Source: Octopus vulgaris (lineage: Eukaryota). Taken from it: a stretch of 64,000 nucleotides of DNA. Of the stretch, positions 37,367 through 52,830 are shown one piece after another. How positions within the stretch are numbered: the stretch's first letter is position 1; every line of letters begins with the position of its first letter. The position numbers and the translations under genes were made by a program. Location: assembly GCA_951406725.2 (NCBI GenBank), contig OX597819.1:109120001-109184000 (forward strand), read 5' to 3'. Below the pieces are notes generated by a model. That model was not told the DNA's origin and did no database searches. It worked only from the letters and a program-made list of their open reading frames with translations.

Positions 37367-38724
37367 TATATATTCTGATAATAGTTAGATTTTCGACCAT
37401 AGGAACACGGCCTGAAAGTTGGGCTAATCGATTACATCCACCCGAGTGCGCAACTGGTACTTATTTCATCAACCCTGAAAGGATGAAAGGTGAAGTCAGC
37501 CTCAATGGAATTTGAACCCAGAATGTAAAGACAGAGGAAATGCCACCTTTTATTCTCATAAAAATAATTTCAAAATACTTTAGGTTTTGTTTAAAAATAA
37601 AGAACTTAAGTGGAAAAGAAAAGGACCCAAGAAGTGAAAAAATATTTTTTAAATTTGCAATTATTGAATAGTCTTTGAAATTTGACTTCAAAATCTTACA
37701 AAAGTACAAGAATGCCTTTTAATGACAGAAATCATTGACAGACATGATTTTGATGACTAAATTAAATGTTCAAAGCAAAGAATTCTCTGAAATATTCCAA
37801 TTTTTTAATCGATCACATGTGCTGGAGTTGGCTATCTTTTTAAGTTAATCTGCTAAAATTAGTCTGTCATGATGTTTTTGTTAGGTTGCAACTCATAAAC
37901 TGGAACCATGCTGCATATATTATAGGTCACTCTAAAATGAATTTTATAAAAAATTACTGTGGACCCTCTTGACTAAGCATATTCCTCTTCTCGAATATTA
38001 ATCATCTGATCTTAGAAGAAACTAAGTATAACTATAATAATAAAACCATTAATAAATATATAGCCAAATTTCCATCTCATCACACCACTTTGCCTTAAAA
38101 GAAGGAAAAACATTCAACAATGTGATCCTAAATATACAAAAACGCAGGATGATTATTATTGAGGTAACTTAGATTATAGATCAGGTAAAAATCTACTTTA
38201 TGCAACACATCTATCCTTTAAAGTAGATTTTTACCTTAAGACTGCTTCACTTATATTTAATTATATAGAACTTGATGTTTATTTTACCTGTAAATATTAA
38301 ACATATTTTTATAAGTGACCAGAATCCAGAGCAGGTTAAAGATTGAAAAGAAATATATTTTAAAGTATATTTAACATATGTATATACTATACATGTATAT
38401 TTTTGATATATAAAATATTATCATTTCCATCTTATCAGATGGCATATTCAGTTAAATTGTCTTATGGTTAATTCATTCTCTACAACTTTCACTGAAATAA
38501 AAAATTATGTTTGCTACTAAAGTGTTAACCTGAAAATCAATAACTCATAGAACTATTATTCATTCACATATACACACACATACATACATGTGTATATACA
38601 TACATATATATAACTTGGAAAATATGTAAGGGTTAGTGATAGGGAAGGCATCCAGCTATAGAGCAAAGCTTCAATAACAAAATGTTCATCTGGCCTATGT
38701 TAGCATGGAAAAATAGACATAAAA

Positions 38725-38771
<47 letters not shown>

Positions 38772-38812
38772 AATATTATATATGTATATATATATAAATT
38801 ATATATATATAT

Positions 38813-39902
38813 GGGTACAGGACGTCACCAACAGTAACAGTAAACAACATGAAATACAAAAACAAATAAGTTAAATATACAAATAATGAGAGAAAAAAGA
38901 CAAGTAATACAAAGAATGATCTTTCATCAGTTGCCAGCTGTCTATCTACTCCCCATTTTGAGCAATCAACGAAAATATGAGTCTTCGAAGACAGTTGTTC
39001 CCATAAATACCAAAATAAAATTGTGGATTTATGTAGGGTCAAAGTTTTGAACAAAAACAGGATAGTGGAGACATACAGGGAAACCAGACGAAAACAAATA
39101 TGGAGGGTCGTTAGGCCTAAATAAGGGGAAAATAGGGAACGCTGAGAAATATTTTCTTTGCAAAGAGAAAAGACAGAAGAGAGAGATAGAAGACATCCAG
39201 CCCTTAGAACATCCATGCAGGAAAGAAAGATGGACGATGGTCATGTGTGAGCAACAAGAGATAAAAAAAAAGGGGGAGAGAGAGAGACTGATAGAAAATG
39301 GTGAAAGGGAGAAAAAGTATAGAGTAGAATTACATCAAAAAGGTTAAGATAAACCTACTTGGAAATGGATGCATGGCATTCAATTAAATAATAATATAAA
39401 TGATATATATATATGTATGAATATATGGGTACAGGATGTCACCAACAGTAACAGTAAACAACATGAAATAAGAAAACAAATAAGTTAAATATGCAAATAA
39501 CAAGAGGAAAAAGGACAAGTAATAGAAAGAATGACCCTTCATCAGTTGTTGGCTGTCTATCTACTCCCCATTTTGAGCAATCAGTGACAATATGAGTCTT
39601 CGAAGACAGTTGCTCCCATAAATACCCAAATAAAATTCTGAATTTATGGAGTGTCAAAGTTAGGAACAAAAACAGGACATTAATCCAAAATTTTATTTGG
39701 TATTTATGGGAGTAACTGTCTTCGAAGACTCATATTGTCATTGATTGCTTGAAATGGGGAGTAGATAGACAGCTGACGACTGATGAAGGGCCATTCTTTG
39801 TATTACTTGTACTTGTCCTTTTTTTCTCTTGTTATTTGCATATTTAACTCATTGGTTTTCGTATTTCATGTTGTTTACTGTTACTATTGGTAATGTCCTG
39901 TA
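38813..39902. repeat. Three copies of a ~230-250-bp unit (two direct, one inverted) set in (TA)n; Penelope pLTR-like layout
   Basis: GGGTACAGGAYGTCACCAACAGTAACAG... at 38813 and 39427; reverse-complement copy at about 39683-39902. Confidence 0.8.
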
Positions 39903-39908
39903 TATATA

Positions 39909-40232
39909 GGAGCACTCCGTCGGTTACGACGATGAGGATCCCAGCTGATACGATCAATGGAACAGCTTGCTTGTGGAATTAATGTGCAAGTGACTGAGTA
40001 ATCCACAGACAAGAGTACCCTTAACGTAGTTCTCAGGAAGATTCAGCGTGACACAGAGTGTGACAAGGCCGGCCCTTTGAAATACTGGTACAACTCATTT
40101 TTGCCAGCTGAGTGGACTGGAGCAACGTGAAATAAAGTGTCTTACTCAAGGACACAACGCATCGCCGGGAATCAAACTCACGACCTTACAATCGTCAGCC
40201 GAATGCCCTAACCACTAAGCCATGCACCTTCA
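39909..40232 (-). mobile_element. tRNA-derived SINE (copies at about 30575-30855 and 43956-44263)
   Basis: Head TGGCTTAGTGGTTAGGGCATTCGG...GAGTTTGATTCCC, then TTGTGTCCTTGAGTAAGACACTTTA. Confidence 0.75.
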
Positions 40233-40234
40233 CC

Positions 40235-40278
<44 letters not shown>

Positions 40279-41234
40279 CACACACATATATCTATTTATT
40301 TTATTATTTAATTGAACACCAAGTTAGTATATATATATATATATATAAGCACCGCCCCGACTGGCCTTGTGCCGGTGGCACGTAAAAAGCACCATCCGAT
40401 TGTGGCCGTTGCCAGCCTTGACTGGCCCCCGTGCTGGTGGCACGTAAAAAGCACCCACTACACTCACGGAGTGGTTGGCGTTAGGAAGGGCATCTAGCCG
40501 TAGAAACACTGCCAGATCAGACTGGGCCTGCTGCAGCCTTCTGGCTTCCCAGACCCCAGTTGAACCGTCCAACCCATGCTAGCATGGAAAGCGGATGCTA
40601 CACGAAGATGATGATGATGATACACATATATATACATGTATATATAAAATGTAATTAAGATTCTGTTGAATTAGGTACTTAAATTGAGGCACCTTGCTAG
40701 GTTGGTATCATCTGCACACCCAAGCAATATTAATTGAATATTGAATATCAAGACTCCCTGCAGGCAGATAATGCAACCCAGCTAAGTGAAGATATCGACT
40801 CTTGGTAATTCAGACATGTACTTTTTATAAAGGTTCTTTCTATAATATTTCCGAAGTGCAGATTCCAAGTCATGTGAATAAAATATGAGTAACAAAGATG
40901 TACAGGTGTCAATTCATTACAGCCTTTTCAAGCAACTCCTTTAATTGATTAATGGAAACATTACATCATTTGAAAGTAGGTAGGGAGGGCTCCGAAAGGG
41001 GTCTCAGAGAGTAGCATCCCCGTTTTCTTGAACTAGTTTTCCACTACATTTCTTAAAAATCATGGTAGAGGCCTTGGTCTCAGGATCACTTGTTTCTAGA
41101 AACTGTGGGTAAGCAAGGGCATGCTCTCCATAGAAGATCCAGCTCCAAATAAGCCTCATGATAACAAAGGAGAATGGGCACCAGCCAGCCTGCACCTCCC
41201 TCCCGCAGTTGCTATGGCATTGAGGTAGATCTGG

Positions 41235-41670
41235 CTACCCCTATTATCTTGGAAATCCACTGGCCTAATGGTTTTCCTTCATGGCAGAATTAATAGTCAA
41301 GTCTGTTTAAGCGTTTTATCTGATCAAGTTCATCCTATGGTCGCAGAACTGTTTCCAGAGGGAAACACAATCTTTAAGGGTGATAATGAACCAATTCCCA
41401 CTGCTAAAATTGTTACTGAATGGCACGAGGAACATTCCAGTGAAGTTGAACATCTTATCTGGCCACCACAGTCCCCAGATCTCAATATTATTGAACCTTT
41501 ATGGTGCATTTTAGAAAAACAAGTAAGGAGTTGATATCCTCCACCATCATCACTACAAGAACTGGAGACTGTTTTAACTGAAGAATGGACAAAAATTCCT
41601 TTGGAACCAATTCAAACTTTGTACGGTGCATTGAAATTTTAAGGTGTTTCCATTATTTTGTCCAACCCCT
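41235..41670 (+). mobile_element. Tc1/mariner transposase C-terminal fragment with probable right TIR
   Basis: GDNEPIPTAK...WPPQSPDLNIIEPLW, the Tc1 DDE motif; ends TTATTTTGTCCAACCCC-TATA. Confidence 0.82.
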
Positions 41671-41859
41671 ATATGTATGTATATATGTTAATATGTAATC
41701 TGTTCAAAATTTATTTTTGTTCTGAATTATCTCCCCTTGCTTTGTTTCTGCAATGAACGTGAGAGGTCTGAGAGACTTACGGAAACGGATGATGTAAAGG
41801 GGTTTAACATACATGAAATGAAATTTGCAGGGTCAGGGTGTATTGAAAGAAGTTTAAGG

Positions 41860-42775
41860 TAAGGGATATAGCCTAGTCACCCAGTTTGTCCATGAGGGAA
41901 TCATACCAGATTGGTGTAGCAGCATTATAGTCAACTGCTACAAAGGCAAAGGTGATGACTTAAGGCTAATAACTACAGGGGCATCAAATTGCTGGACCAG
42001 GTGATGTAAGTCACAGAAGGGTCATAGCTCAATTAATTAGAGAGTTAGCATAGATGAGATGCAATTCAGATTTGTGCCAGATAGAAGTAAAACTGATACT
42101 AGGTTAGGCACTACAGAAGTATTTAGCCAAAAATAAACCTCTGTACTTGGCTTTTGTTGACATGGGAAAAGCCTTTTATTAGGGTCCCCACTCTCTTATC
42201 TGGTGGTCAATGTGGGAGCTAAGGATAGATGAGTGGTTAGTGAGAGCTGTATAGGCCATGTACAGGGATGCTGCCAGTAGGGTCATATGATGCATATGGA
42301 TGAAGACAGTTGCATAAAGAAGTGTCAAGCTTTAATTGTGGAAGGAATCCGTGGAAAGGGTAGACTTGAGAAGATGTGGGTTGAAGTGGCAAGAGAGGAT
42401 CTTCAGATGCTGAGCATCATTGAGGAAATGACAAGGGACCAAGAGTTAAGGCAATTTGCTATACTTGAGAAGATATGTCAAGCTAAGTAAAAATCGCTGT
42501 TATCCATACATACAGGCCTTTCTTTTACAGGTGCTGGTGCTACATAAAATGCCCACATGCCAGTACTGTGTAGTTGCACCCGTGTTAGTGGCATGTAAGG
42601 ACCCAGCACACACTGTTAAGTGGTTGATGTTAGGAAGGGCATCCAACCATAGAAACGATGCCACAACAGACAATTGAAGTCTGGGCAACTCCCTGGCTGG
42701 CCAGCTCCTGTCAAACTATCCAACTCATGCCAATATGGAAAATGGACGTTAAATGATGATGATGATAATGATGAA
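41860..42775 (+). mobile_element. Internally deleted, decayed RTE LINE
   Basis: Fragments NYRGIKLLDQVM, LAFVD and EGIRGKGR plus the family 3' UTR and (GAT)n tail. Confidence 0.75.
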
Positions 42776-45324
42776 AAACCCTCAACCATATCTCCCAAAT
42801 GACACTGCATAAATTTAATGATCTGAGCTGTGAAACTACTTTACCTTGCTTACTTTTCAGGTCTCACATAAATTATTATTTTTTCAAACATTTTAATAAC
42901 TTGCTACAAAAATACATAGCAACTCAAAAAACCTTTGAAGAATTCAGCAGTTCTAGGACTCAAGAATTCTATGTTTTCAGAATAAATATTCTTGTTCCTT
43001 GTTTCCAAAAATCTGCAGCTTCAAATTTTAAACAGTCACTGGTTTAATTGATAAAATTTAGTCTGAGATGTATGCATAAAAACTACGGTCTGATATGGCA
43101 TTGTATCACTTTCTTATAATGAGAACCAGGATATAAAAACAGATGAATAAATAGGTTTGCTTGTGGAATGACTTTTCATCTTTAGAAAAATGAATGAAGG
43201 TATATTTCATATTTTACAGATATGTTCTCTCTGGATTTCATAACATCTGTTTTCCATGGGTTGAACAGTTTGACCGGGGTCTGGAAAGCCAGGAGGCTGC
43301 ACCAGGCTCCAGTCTGATCTGGCAGTGTTTCAACAGCTGGATGCCCTTCCTAACGTCAACCACTCCGTGAGTGTAGTGGGTGCTTTTTACGTGCCACTGG
43401 CACAGGGGCCAGAGGAGGCTGGCAATGGCCACAATTGGTGTGTTTTGACAATGTTTTCAGTTTAACCCTTTAACTCAGATTACTGTCATATGTAATGCTT
43501 ATTTAGTCACGTAGTTTTGAAGTAATCATGGATTCTCTAATAGTTTTGGAATTTCAAAAATGTGACTTTATTTTTAGACTGACAGTATATGGTAGGTGTG
43601 AGAAACTGGAACTGGCCGGTTTGAACATAAAATAGAATATGTGGGCTGGATAAAACTGGTTTCAATGCTAAGGAATTAAATGATAACCAAGTACATGAAT
43701 GTATTTCATTTCCATTTAAGTCCACAAATATGTTGTCTGTCAAATGTAATGCTTATTTAGTCACACAGAAATGACTGTGTGGCTAAGAAGCTCACTTTGC
43801 AACCATGATATGTCAGTCAGTCCCACCACAAGGCACCTTTGGCAAGTGCCTTCTACTATAGTTCCACATTGACGGATGTTATGCTTTGTAAATTTGAAAG
43901 ACAGAAACTGTGTGGAAGCACCCCCTCACTCTGTATGTGTGTATGTATGTACATAGGAGCACTCCATTGGTTACGATGACGAGGGTCCCAGCTGATACAA
44001 TCAACGGACCAGCTTGCTTGTGATATTAACATGCAAGTGGCTGAGAACTCCACAAACATGTGTACCCTTAATGTAGTTCTCGTTGATTCAGTGTGACAAG
44101 GCTGGCCCTTTGAAATACAGGTACTACACATTTTTACCAGCTGAGTGGACAGGAGCAACATGAAATAAAGTGCCTTGCTCAAGGACACAACACGTTCCGG
44201 AATTGAACTCACGACCTTATGATCATGAGCCAAATGCCCTAACCACTAAGCCACGCACCTTCACTATGTGTGTGTATGTGTATTCTTTTATTTGTTTCAG
44301 CCATGCTGGAGCAGCGCCTTCAGTCAAGCAAATCTTGATGTTGAAAGTTATTGAAATAAAGTGATAGAGATTAAAAATTAAGCCACAACTAAAATGAAAT
44401 TATTTTTGGATCATGAATTGTTTTAATTATTTAATTATAAATGTTAACAGGTGGCAAGTTGCCTGAACACACATGTGTGAAGGTAACAGATCAATCACTG
44501 CTAAAATTTTGATTTCCTAGAACTTGCACCAAATGGGCCCTAATCACAGTAACAGGCACAGTTAATGTAGAATGACAGCGTTTCCTTGGAAATAGGGGAT
44601 TTGAAAGTTGTCCGGAGATATTTTCACTTTATGAATTTGGGACTGAAGTTGTTGGGTTTATTGGAGGAATTCATAGGGGTAGCATAGCTGCTCGAAAGGC
44701 AGACAACTCGGCTTGTACAGTTACTTCTGTTACTGTCAAAACATAATTCATAAACAGATTTCATCATCGCTTAACGTCCACTTTCCATACTGGCATGGGT
44801 TGGACTGTCTGATAGGAGCTAGCCTGCCTAGGAGACTGCACCAAACTTCTGTGTCTGTTTTGGTACGGTTTTGTTTTGTTTAATAATTACTATTTCGTTA
44901 TATTTGGGGATGGTCACATCATAAATCTTGGAAAACAAATACATAAACGTAATAATTATTATTTGGACAAGATTTAGCTTTTCCAGACGAATATGAAAAA
45001 ATAAAATAAAGTAACTCATCGAATATGTAGACAAAAACCTCCGGTACAAGACGGAAGGGACCACATAGAAAAGACATGCTGTAACCTGTGAGTATCTAAA
45101 AAAAATTCCAACGCATAATTGTTTATAAAACGGTCAGTGAGTTAGTTTAATTAGTCTTTGTAATCACTAGCTCCCCCAATGATTCATAAATTATTATTTA
45201 TATTACTCGTGTGAAATCCCCGCAAAAATTCTAAGGTTGCTGAATAAAACACCAAACAATTCATTCATTTTCTACACAGTTGTTAACACCAGTAGGCTGG
45301 ATTTTTGTTTGTTTTTATTTTATA

Positions 45325-45824
45325 CTAGCAGTATCGCCCGGCGTTGCTCGGATTTGTAAGGGAAATAACTATATAAGCATTTTTAGAGAGTTACTTCTCT
45401 TATAGATGCCAATTCGGGCTTTCTTAGCCATTTCTGTTTTGGTGTCTTCAAGCCATGAAGTCGTTGTTCTAAAAGAACGCTGGTCTCCTTGACAACGCTT
45501 TACGACGTTGATTTCCTTACACTCCCTTCCCCACAGCTTCACGAGGGAGGGAAGAAGGGGGAGAAGCAAACAGGTGCAGGTGTGACCATGGACGCCAACT
45601 CCGCCGCCATCGACACACGAAAAATTATGCATTAAAATGGAATAAAAAATTGTTAAATTATTTTTAAAATCGTAGACGCGCGCTAATACTCAGACGGGCT
45701 CGATATGAATCACGACTATAAGATACCCGAATTTGGTTAAACTGCACCGCAAAATGTGGGAGTAGTTAGGAATCTAAATCGAAGGGGACAGACACTCACA
45801 CAACTAGAGTTTTATATATATAGA
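45325..45824 (-). mobile_element. Non-autonomous Helitron (~500 bp)
   Basis: On the minus strand: A|TCTATATATATAAAAC...CCGAGCAACGCCGGG hairpin...CTAG|T, i.e. canonical termini at an AT target. Confidence 0.8.
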
Positions 45825-47039
45825 TTAACCAAAGTGGTTAATCGAAGTTTGCTTTCCAACACACATGGTTCCGAGTTCAGCCCCACTGCGTGGCACCTTG
45901 AGCAAGTATCTCCTACGATATCCTCGGGTTCACCAAAATCGTGTGAGTGAATTTGGTCGACGAATACTGAAAAAGCCCATTGTACGTGTCTCGCTACCGC
46001 TTTACAACCGGTCTGGGTTTGTTTACGTGCCCGTAACTGTAGCGGTTCGGCATAAGTGACTGATAGAACAAGTACTAGGCCTTCATAATTCAAAAAAGTA
46101 CTGAGGTCGATCTGTTCGACTAAAACCCATCAAGGCGGCGCCCCAGCATGGCCGCAGTTCAATGACTGAAAAGAAAAGTGATATGTGAATTGGATGAAAG
46201 TAGCGTGTTGCTTGTGTGGTCACCACCGTTTTTACTGGGTGATGCTATTTCCGTACACCTTCGACAACTTTATCCAAAACAATAAACATTTCTAGCCAAG
46301 AATTCAAAAGTAATTAGAATCGGTTTCTACGTCACAGGGTTTAAACACACATAATGAACTGCATTCTCTCACAAAATGAAGTTTTAATTACTTTATAACA
46401 AATTAACGGCAAAACTGACGTGGTAATGAGTGTCTATCATAGCAAATTACAGCCTTTTTGTCGTGACTTAATTAGAGTTGACTTTGGGTTAAACAATAGC
46501 CGCTATTCCTGGGTTGATGGATATGCTAGAAATACCAGCCAAATCCAACTGGCGGAGGTAAAGAATACGTACACCACCCGTTTTCGGCGTAACAAAAACC
46601 CTAACCCTAAACACGGGGTGTACGTATTCTTTACTTTCGCCATCCAACCCATCCCTATCGTTTAAGGGAAATTGGCAAATTTGGATACTGTAGTTCAGAG
46701 TACACGATAACTGAAAAAGAAAAACGGTGTGGTTTCGGTTTTGAATACTTTTCATTCTAAATGTATTTGGTCATGTCATACCTGGAATTAAAAACAAGAA
46801 AGAACACCAATAGCAAGAATTTTTGTTATTTTACATAAGACATTTGTTCTGAAATTTATATAAAGGATTACTGGGATACAATTGTAACATCCCTGGCAAT
46901 TTCAAATACTAATTAATAGCAACAGATTTATAAATAAACACCATTAAGGTTTCGGCGGTCAGGTGGGGTGGTTGTAAAAGAGGGGCAAAAGAGCGAGAAT
47001 CATGACTAGAACACTAATCATGACGAAAGCATTGCATAG

Positions 47040-47561
47040 TCAATCCAATTCCTCCGGTCGTACCGGATGCAATAAGGGTATCACAGATTTTTTGTCCTTG
47101 TCTCTCGATAAAGCTTTCCGCATATCAAACGCATCCTCGTCGTCCAGTCCAGAGTAATATTCCAGTACACGTCTATAGACTGTATAACCCAATTTGTTGT
47201 ACATGTCGACGGCAACTTTATTCGATACTCGCACAAACAAGTCGACGAAGAAACACTTCTTACGTTCGGAAATCTCCTCCAGTGTGTGCATAAGTTTGGC
47301 AGCAAGTCCGAGACGTCTGTGTTCGGGCGAAACGGACAGAGCTGTAACGTGTCCGTGCCAGTTCTCGGCTCTGCCTTCGGCTTTACCCATGATGTAACCC
47401 ATGATTTCGCCCGAGGGTGATTCGGCAACCTGAAAATACTCGGGCCATTGTGCTAAATACTGCATATAGAAGGCCAGGCCATATGTTTCGGTAAGTGGAT
47501 CTAAATTGACGTTGTTGAACTTGAATAAATCCGAACAAGTAAACGGACGAATGGTAGTCAT
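47040..47561 (-). CDS. NAA20: N-alpha-acetyltransferase 20 (NatB catalytic subunit), single-exon CDS
   Basis: MTTIRPFTCSDLFKFNNVNLDPLTETY...WPEYF...GKAEG..ENWHGHVTALSV...FVDLFVRVSN..A..MY..LGY.VYRRVLEYY...EDAFDMRKALSRD; complete 173 aa. Confidence 0.97.
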   Translation of the reverse strand: MTTIRPFTCSDLFKFNNVNLDPLTETYGLAFYMQYLAQWPEYFQVAESPSGEIMGYIMGKAEGRAENWHGHVTALSVSPEHRRLGLAAKLMHTLEEISERKKCFFVDLFVRVSNKVAVDMYNKLGYTVYRRVLEYYSGLDDEDAFDMRKALSRDKDKKSVIPLLHPVRPEELD

Positions 47562-47686
47562 TATATTCTTATAATAATTAATTAAACCAAAGAAATGCGT
47601 TGATGATAAATGAAAGAGGGAAAAATAACAAAGTAAAGAAAAACACCGCCGAACAAGACAAAAATCTACAAGTTCTGAGACATTTA

Positions 47687-47738
47687 CCGGAAGTTAAGGT
47701 TTTATTTAACTTCAGACAGTAAAACAGCGGCTTCCTGT
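47687..47738. promoter_or_regulatory. Putative NAA20 promoter with ETS-like sites
   Basis: CCGGAAGT at 47687-47694 and GCTTCCTGT near 47730, about 130-170 bp upstream of the ATG; motif-based only. Confidence 0.4.
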
Positions 47739-48041
47739 TGCGACTTAATTATTAGGTTTGAAAATATTTAAGGGATGATGTTTACATTATGTTCACCATA
47801 ACCAGCCTCTCCTTACAGGGTACTACTAGCGAACAGTGGTCCCGGTGCGCGCACTCGCGCTAGCTAGTTGTAAGTAGTCGATCCTACGACTTTTTAACCC
47901 TAACTTTTGTTTATAAATATAATTTTGTTTTCTTAGTTTAAAAAATTATTTACTTTGTGTTTTATTTACTTTGTTCGAAAAATATTTAATTTGTGTAAAA
48001 AAAAAAAAATTATCTATATTGTTTTAAAAAATAATTTATTT

Positions 48042-48173
48042 ACAATTGCAGCGCGGAAGGTGTTGTTTGTAAGCCATTTAAGAAACACAAATTAAACTTA
48101 AATGTTGAAGTGAATCGAACGGCTTTTGTGTGTTTCTTAAATAGCTTACAAACACCTTCCACGTTGCAATTGT
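48042..48173. repeat. Short foldback element inside AT-rich tandem repeats
   Basis: ACAATTGCAGCGCGGAAGGTG...TTTGTAAGCCATTTAAGAAACAC pairs with GTGTTTCTTAAATAGCTTACAAACACCTTCCACGTTGCAATTGT. Confidence 0.75.
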
Positions 48174-48661
48174 TTTCCTTTCAGCACACGATCTCAGATC
48201 AAATCACTTGCTATGCAAGTACAACTCCGTAATAATTTATATACTTAGTTTAAAAAATTATTTACTTTGCGTTTTATTTACTTTGTTCGAAAAATATTTA
48301 ATTTGTGTAAAAAAATTATATACATTGTTTTAAAAAATAATTTATTTACTTAGTTTAAAAAATTATTTAATTTGTGTAAAAAAATTAGGATCTTTTCCTT
48401 TTGATGGACAGAATTTTCTAGTTAACTAAACAATTTGAAACTTCGTATACTGGTAGAATGTGTCAAAAGAAAACATTATTGTAAAACAAAATTGAAATTT
48501 GTAAGTTTAACGTAGTTTAATTCTTCGAATTTTAACCAATGAAATGCCAGCATTTGAGCTCAATTCATTTTCTGCGTCTAAAAACTCAGACACACGTGTT
48601 ATTCATCCTTCTCTCTTCTGTCTGTCTTCTGCATGTGCTAGAAATAACAGCCATATCTCTT

Positions 48662-49735
48662 AACAGGAGTTCAGCATAAACCTACATTTCAGATATCTCT
48701 GGGCACTGGACAAGAGCATGAGAGACAGTTTCCCTATCCCACCCACATCTTGGACAGGTTGGAGAGTGAGTCTTTCCATGTCTTGCGAGTTTATCCCAAA
48801 CGGGCAAGGCACCCTTGTAACATTGCCCGGTCAAGGACTTTTGGAAATTGTCCGACGTTCCCAACCCGAATGTACGGTGGAACAGGCTGTCAAGTTGAAT
48901 ATACCTGAGATGTAGAGTCGCTCCCAGGTCATCGTCACATTCAGACTCTACCAATCTACTATATAAAAAAATGTGTAGAACCCCCACAGCTGGTGTTGCC
49001 CAAGCACCGGAATAGCAAGAGGGCCTTATGACACTCCATATACCACTTACTTGACCTCCGTCTATGAGAACACCAGGTTTCCTGTTTTCAAAAACTTTTG
49101 AACTCGGGGAACATTTGTCTGGCTAGCAGAGACCACACCCATTCACCATCCAGGAGAATCCAGAGATGCTTCAACCTCAACACATGCCTGCGCATCATTA
49201 ACCAAGGCATCCCTAAACAACAGATAGAGCATTTCACAAGTGGTGACTTGCCTTTCCACAAGATATGAAAGAGCATCTTGCTCACGAATCTGGACAGGAC
49301 ACAACAGTCAGGCGGTCAGTAATGATCGATGCAATAAACATATTCAAGGATAGCCACCGCCAAGACCAGGTCTTGAGTATCACAGCCACCCTGCTTGAAA
49401 CCTCCGTCCAGATCTTCTCTATCTGGAGGCCTAGTCCAAACCAGACTCCCAGCAATTTAATTGGTCTCTCCGTCCAGTGCCCAACAACGCTGTCTGAAGG
49501 CATCAATTTGCCAACCCAGGTGCTGAGCTGCAAGCCGACCGACTCTTCCAGGTTGATCTTTGCTCCTGCCGCTGTCTTGTAAATCTCAATAGCATTATCC
49601 ACTTCATGTAGGCGTGCTGCTGTGGTAACGCTAATAGTGATACCATCTGTATAAGGCAAAACAAACTCCTCTAAACCTGGTTCTCTTGGGATGTCACTCA
49701 ACTTTCACAGTAGGGGCTCAAGAGATCCTCAGAAG
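48662..49735 (-). mobile_element. L1/Tx1-clade LINE fragment (copy A)
   Basis: LPYTDGIT..., AAGAKINLEES, IKLLGVWFG, CPRCGWDRETVSHALVQCP (CCHC knuckle); many frameshifts. Confidence 0.8.
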
Positions 49736-51052
49736 AATGGGAAAGTTTTTCATGTTTCAAGCATACACTTTTCGAGAGAAAGGGGTGAGAGGAAACATGG
49801 AGAGAGAGATTGAGAAGTAAAGGGGCCAGATTAATGGTTCACATGTTAGAATGATATATATGCATCAATTAATTGTAAAGATTCACCAATTGTGAGATAA
49901 GTGCCCTATGAACTAAGCCACACCACTTCACATGTGAAGCAAGGAAGACAAAGAAAAGAAAGAAAGGTAGAAATGATTCCTCTATATACCTCATCATCAT
50001 CATCATCCTCGTTGTTTAACGTCTGCTTTAAATGCTGGGGTAGGTTGGACGGCTTGATTGAAGGCTGCACCAGGTTCCAAACTGATCTGGTAATGTTTCT
50101 ACATTTGAATGCCCTTCCTAACATCAACCACTCTGAGAGTTTACCGTGTGTTTTTTGCGTGGCAGTGGCTTGCGGTCAGTCAGTCAGCACTGGCATCAAC
50201 CACACTCGAATGCTGCTTATTATGTGCCACTGGCACAAGATCCAGTCAGGCAGTAAACCTTTCCATGCCTCAATGGATTCTGACCAGTGGAAACATGGAC
50301 ATTAAATGAATGACAGTGTCGATGTTGTAATATTTGCAATGTTGAAGGCAGCGAGCTGGCAGAAACATTAGCATATCGGGCGAAATGCTTAGCAGTATTT
50401 CGTCTGTCTTTATATTCTGAGTTCAGGTTCTGCCAAGGTTGATTTCTGTTTTATCCTTTCGAGGTCAATAAATTGAGTACCATTTATATACTGGGGTCGA
50501 TCTAATTGTCTGGCCCCTCCCCATAAATTTTGGGCCGTGGGCTTAGAGAAGAAAAGAATATTTGCAATGTTGAATTGCTAAGTCATTTAACTATCCTCTT
50601 TATCTCACTGACTCATTTTTACTATTTCAGAATATCACATCCTGTTGACATAAAAGAAATTACTTCATTCAGATGTGCCTTTGATAGTTTTATCAACTTT
50701 TATTGACTAAAGAAAGACGATATATTTATAAGGAGCATTCATCAATACATCTACCTTTTTACTATAAAGAAAATCTATGACAAAACATGGCAAAATATTT
50801 CTTCTGGACGATGGAATTAACAGCAACAATTTGAAGTCCTTGCTATCTGGAATATAGAGGAGATGATTGTTTTATAGGTTAATTAAGCTTGGATAACTTT
50901 ACAAAGGCGTAGACAATTGTCACCTCATGATTTAGATATTAAGCAAAATCTCAGAGGAAAGAAACGGCATTAAATTATTCCCTAAAAATAGTGACACAAC
51001 TGAACACAAACATTCTCATAGAAATGAAATACACACTATCATTGTGATATGT

Positions 51053-52443
<1,391 letters not shown>

Positions 52444-52830
52444 CCGTATCAATATCAAAATTTATTACATGCCTACAATTATGAATATTTTGTCTGCTAA
52501 AAGACAGGGTTTATTCCTCTTCAAGCTTGACATTATCAACTTCAATTCCATTACTGTTACTATGAAATTCATGAATTACAACTTCAATATCATTTATATA
52601 TCTAAATATATCAACACAGTGATGACTTTGATTGCCGATGAGGAATTTGTTATAAGAGAATAAAGGAATGGGAATAAGGAATAAAAGTTTTAAGTGACAT
52701 TCATTTTGTCTTTATTGTGTTTTCATTATCATCATCATCATCATCTTTTAACCTTAGTGGTCCTACCCTGTTTAAATAGTAAAACATCAATATAGAGCCT
52801 ATATACCCATAGTTTACACTGACATATGTA

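Noticed and set aside
39775-39830. CTGATGA suggesting a hammerhead core
   Set aside because: No stem II followed by GAAA downstream. The upstream GAGCAA/TTGCTC-GAAA stem lacks a preceding CUGANGA.
49901-50305. 134-aa ORF conserved in both duplicates (also 59428-59832)
   Set aside because: It lies over an antisense RTE 3' UTR, and its conservation simply reflects the recent duplication.
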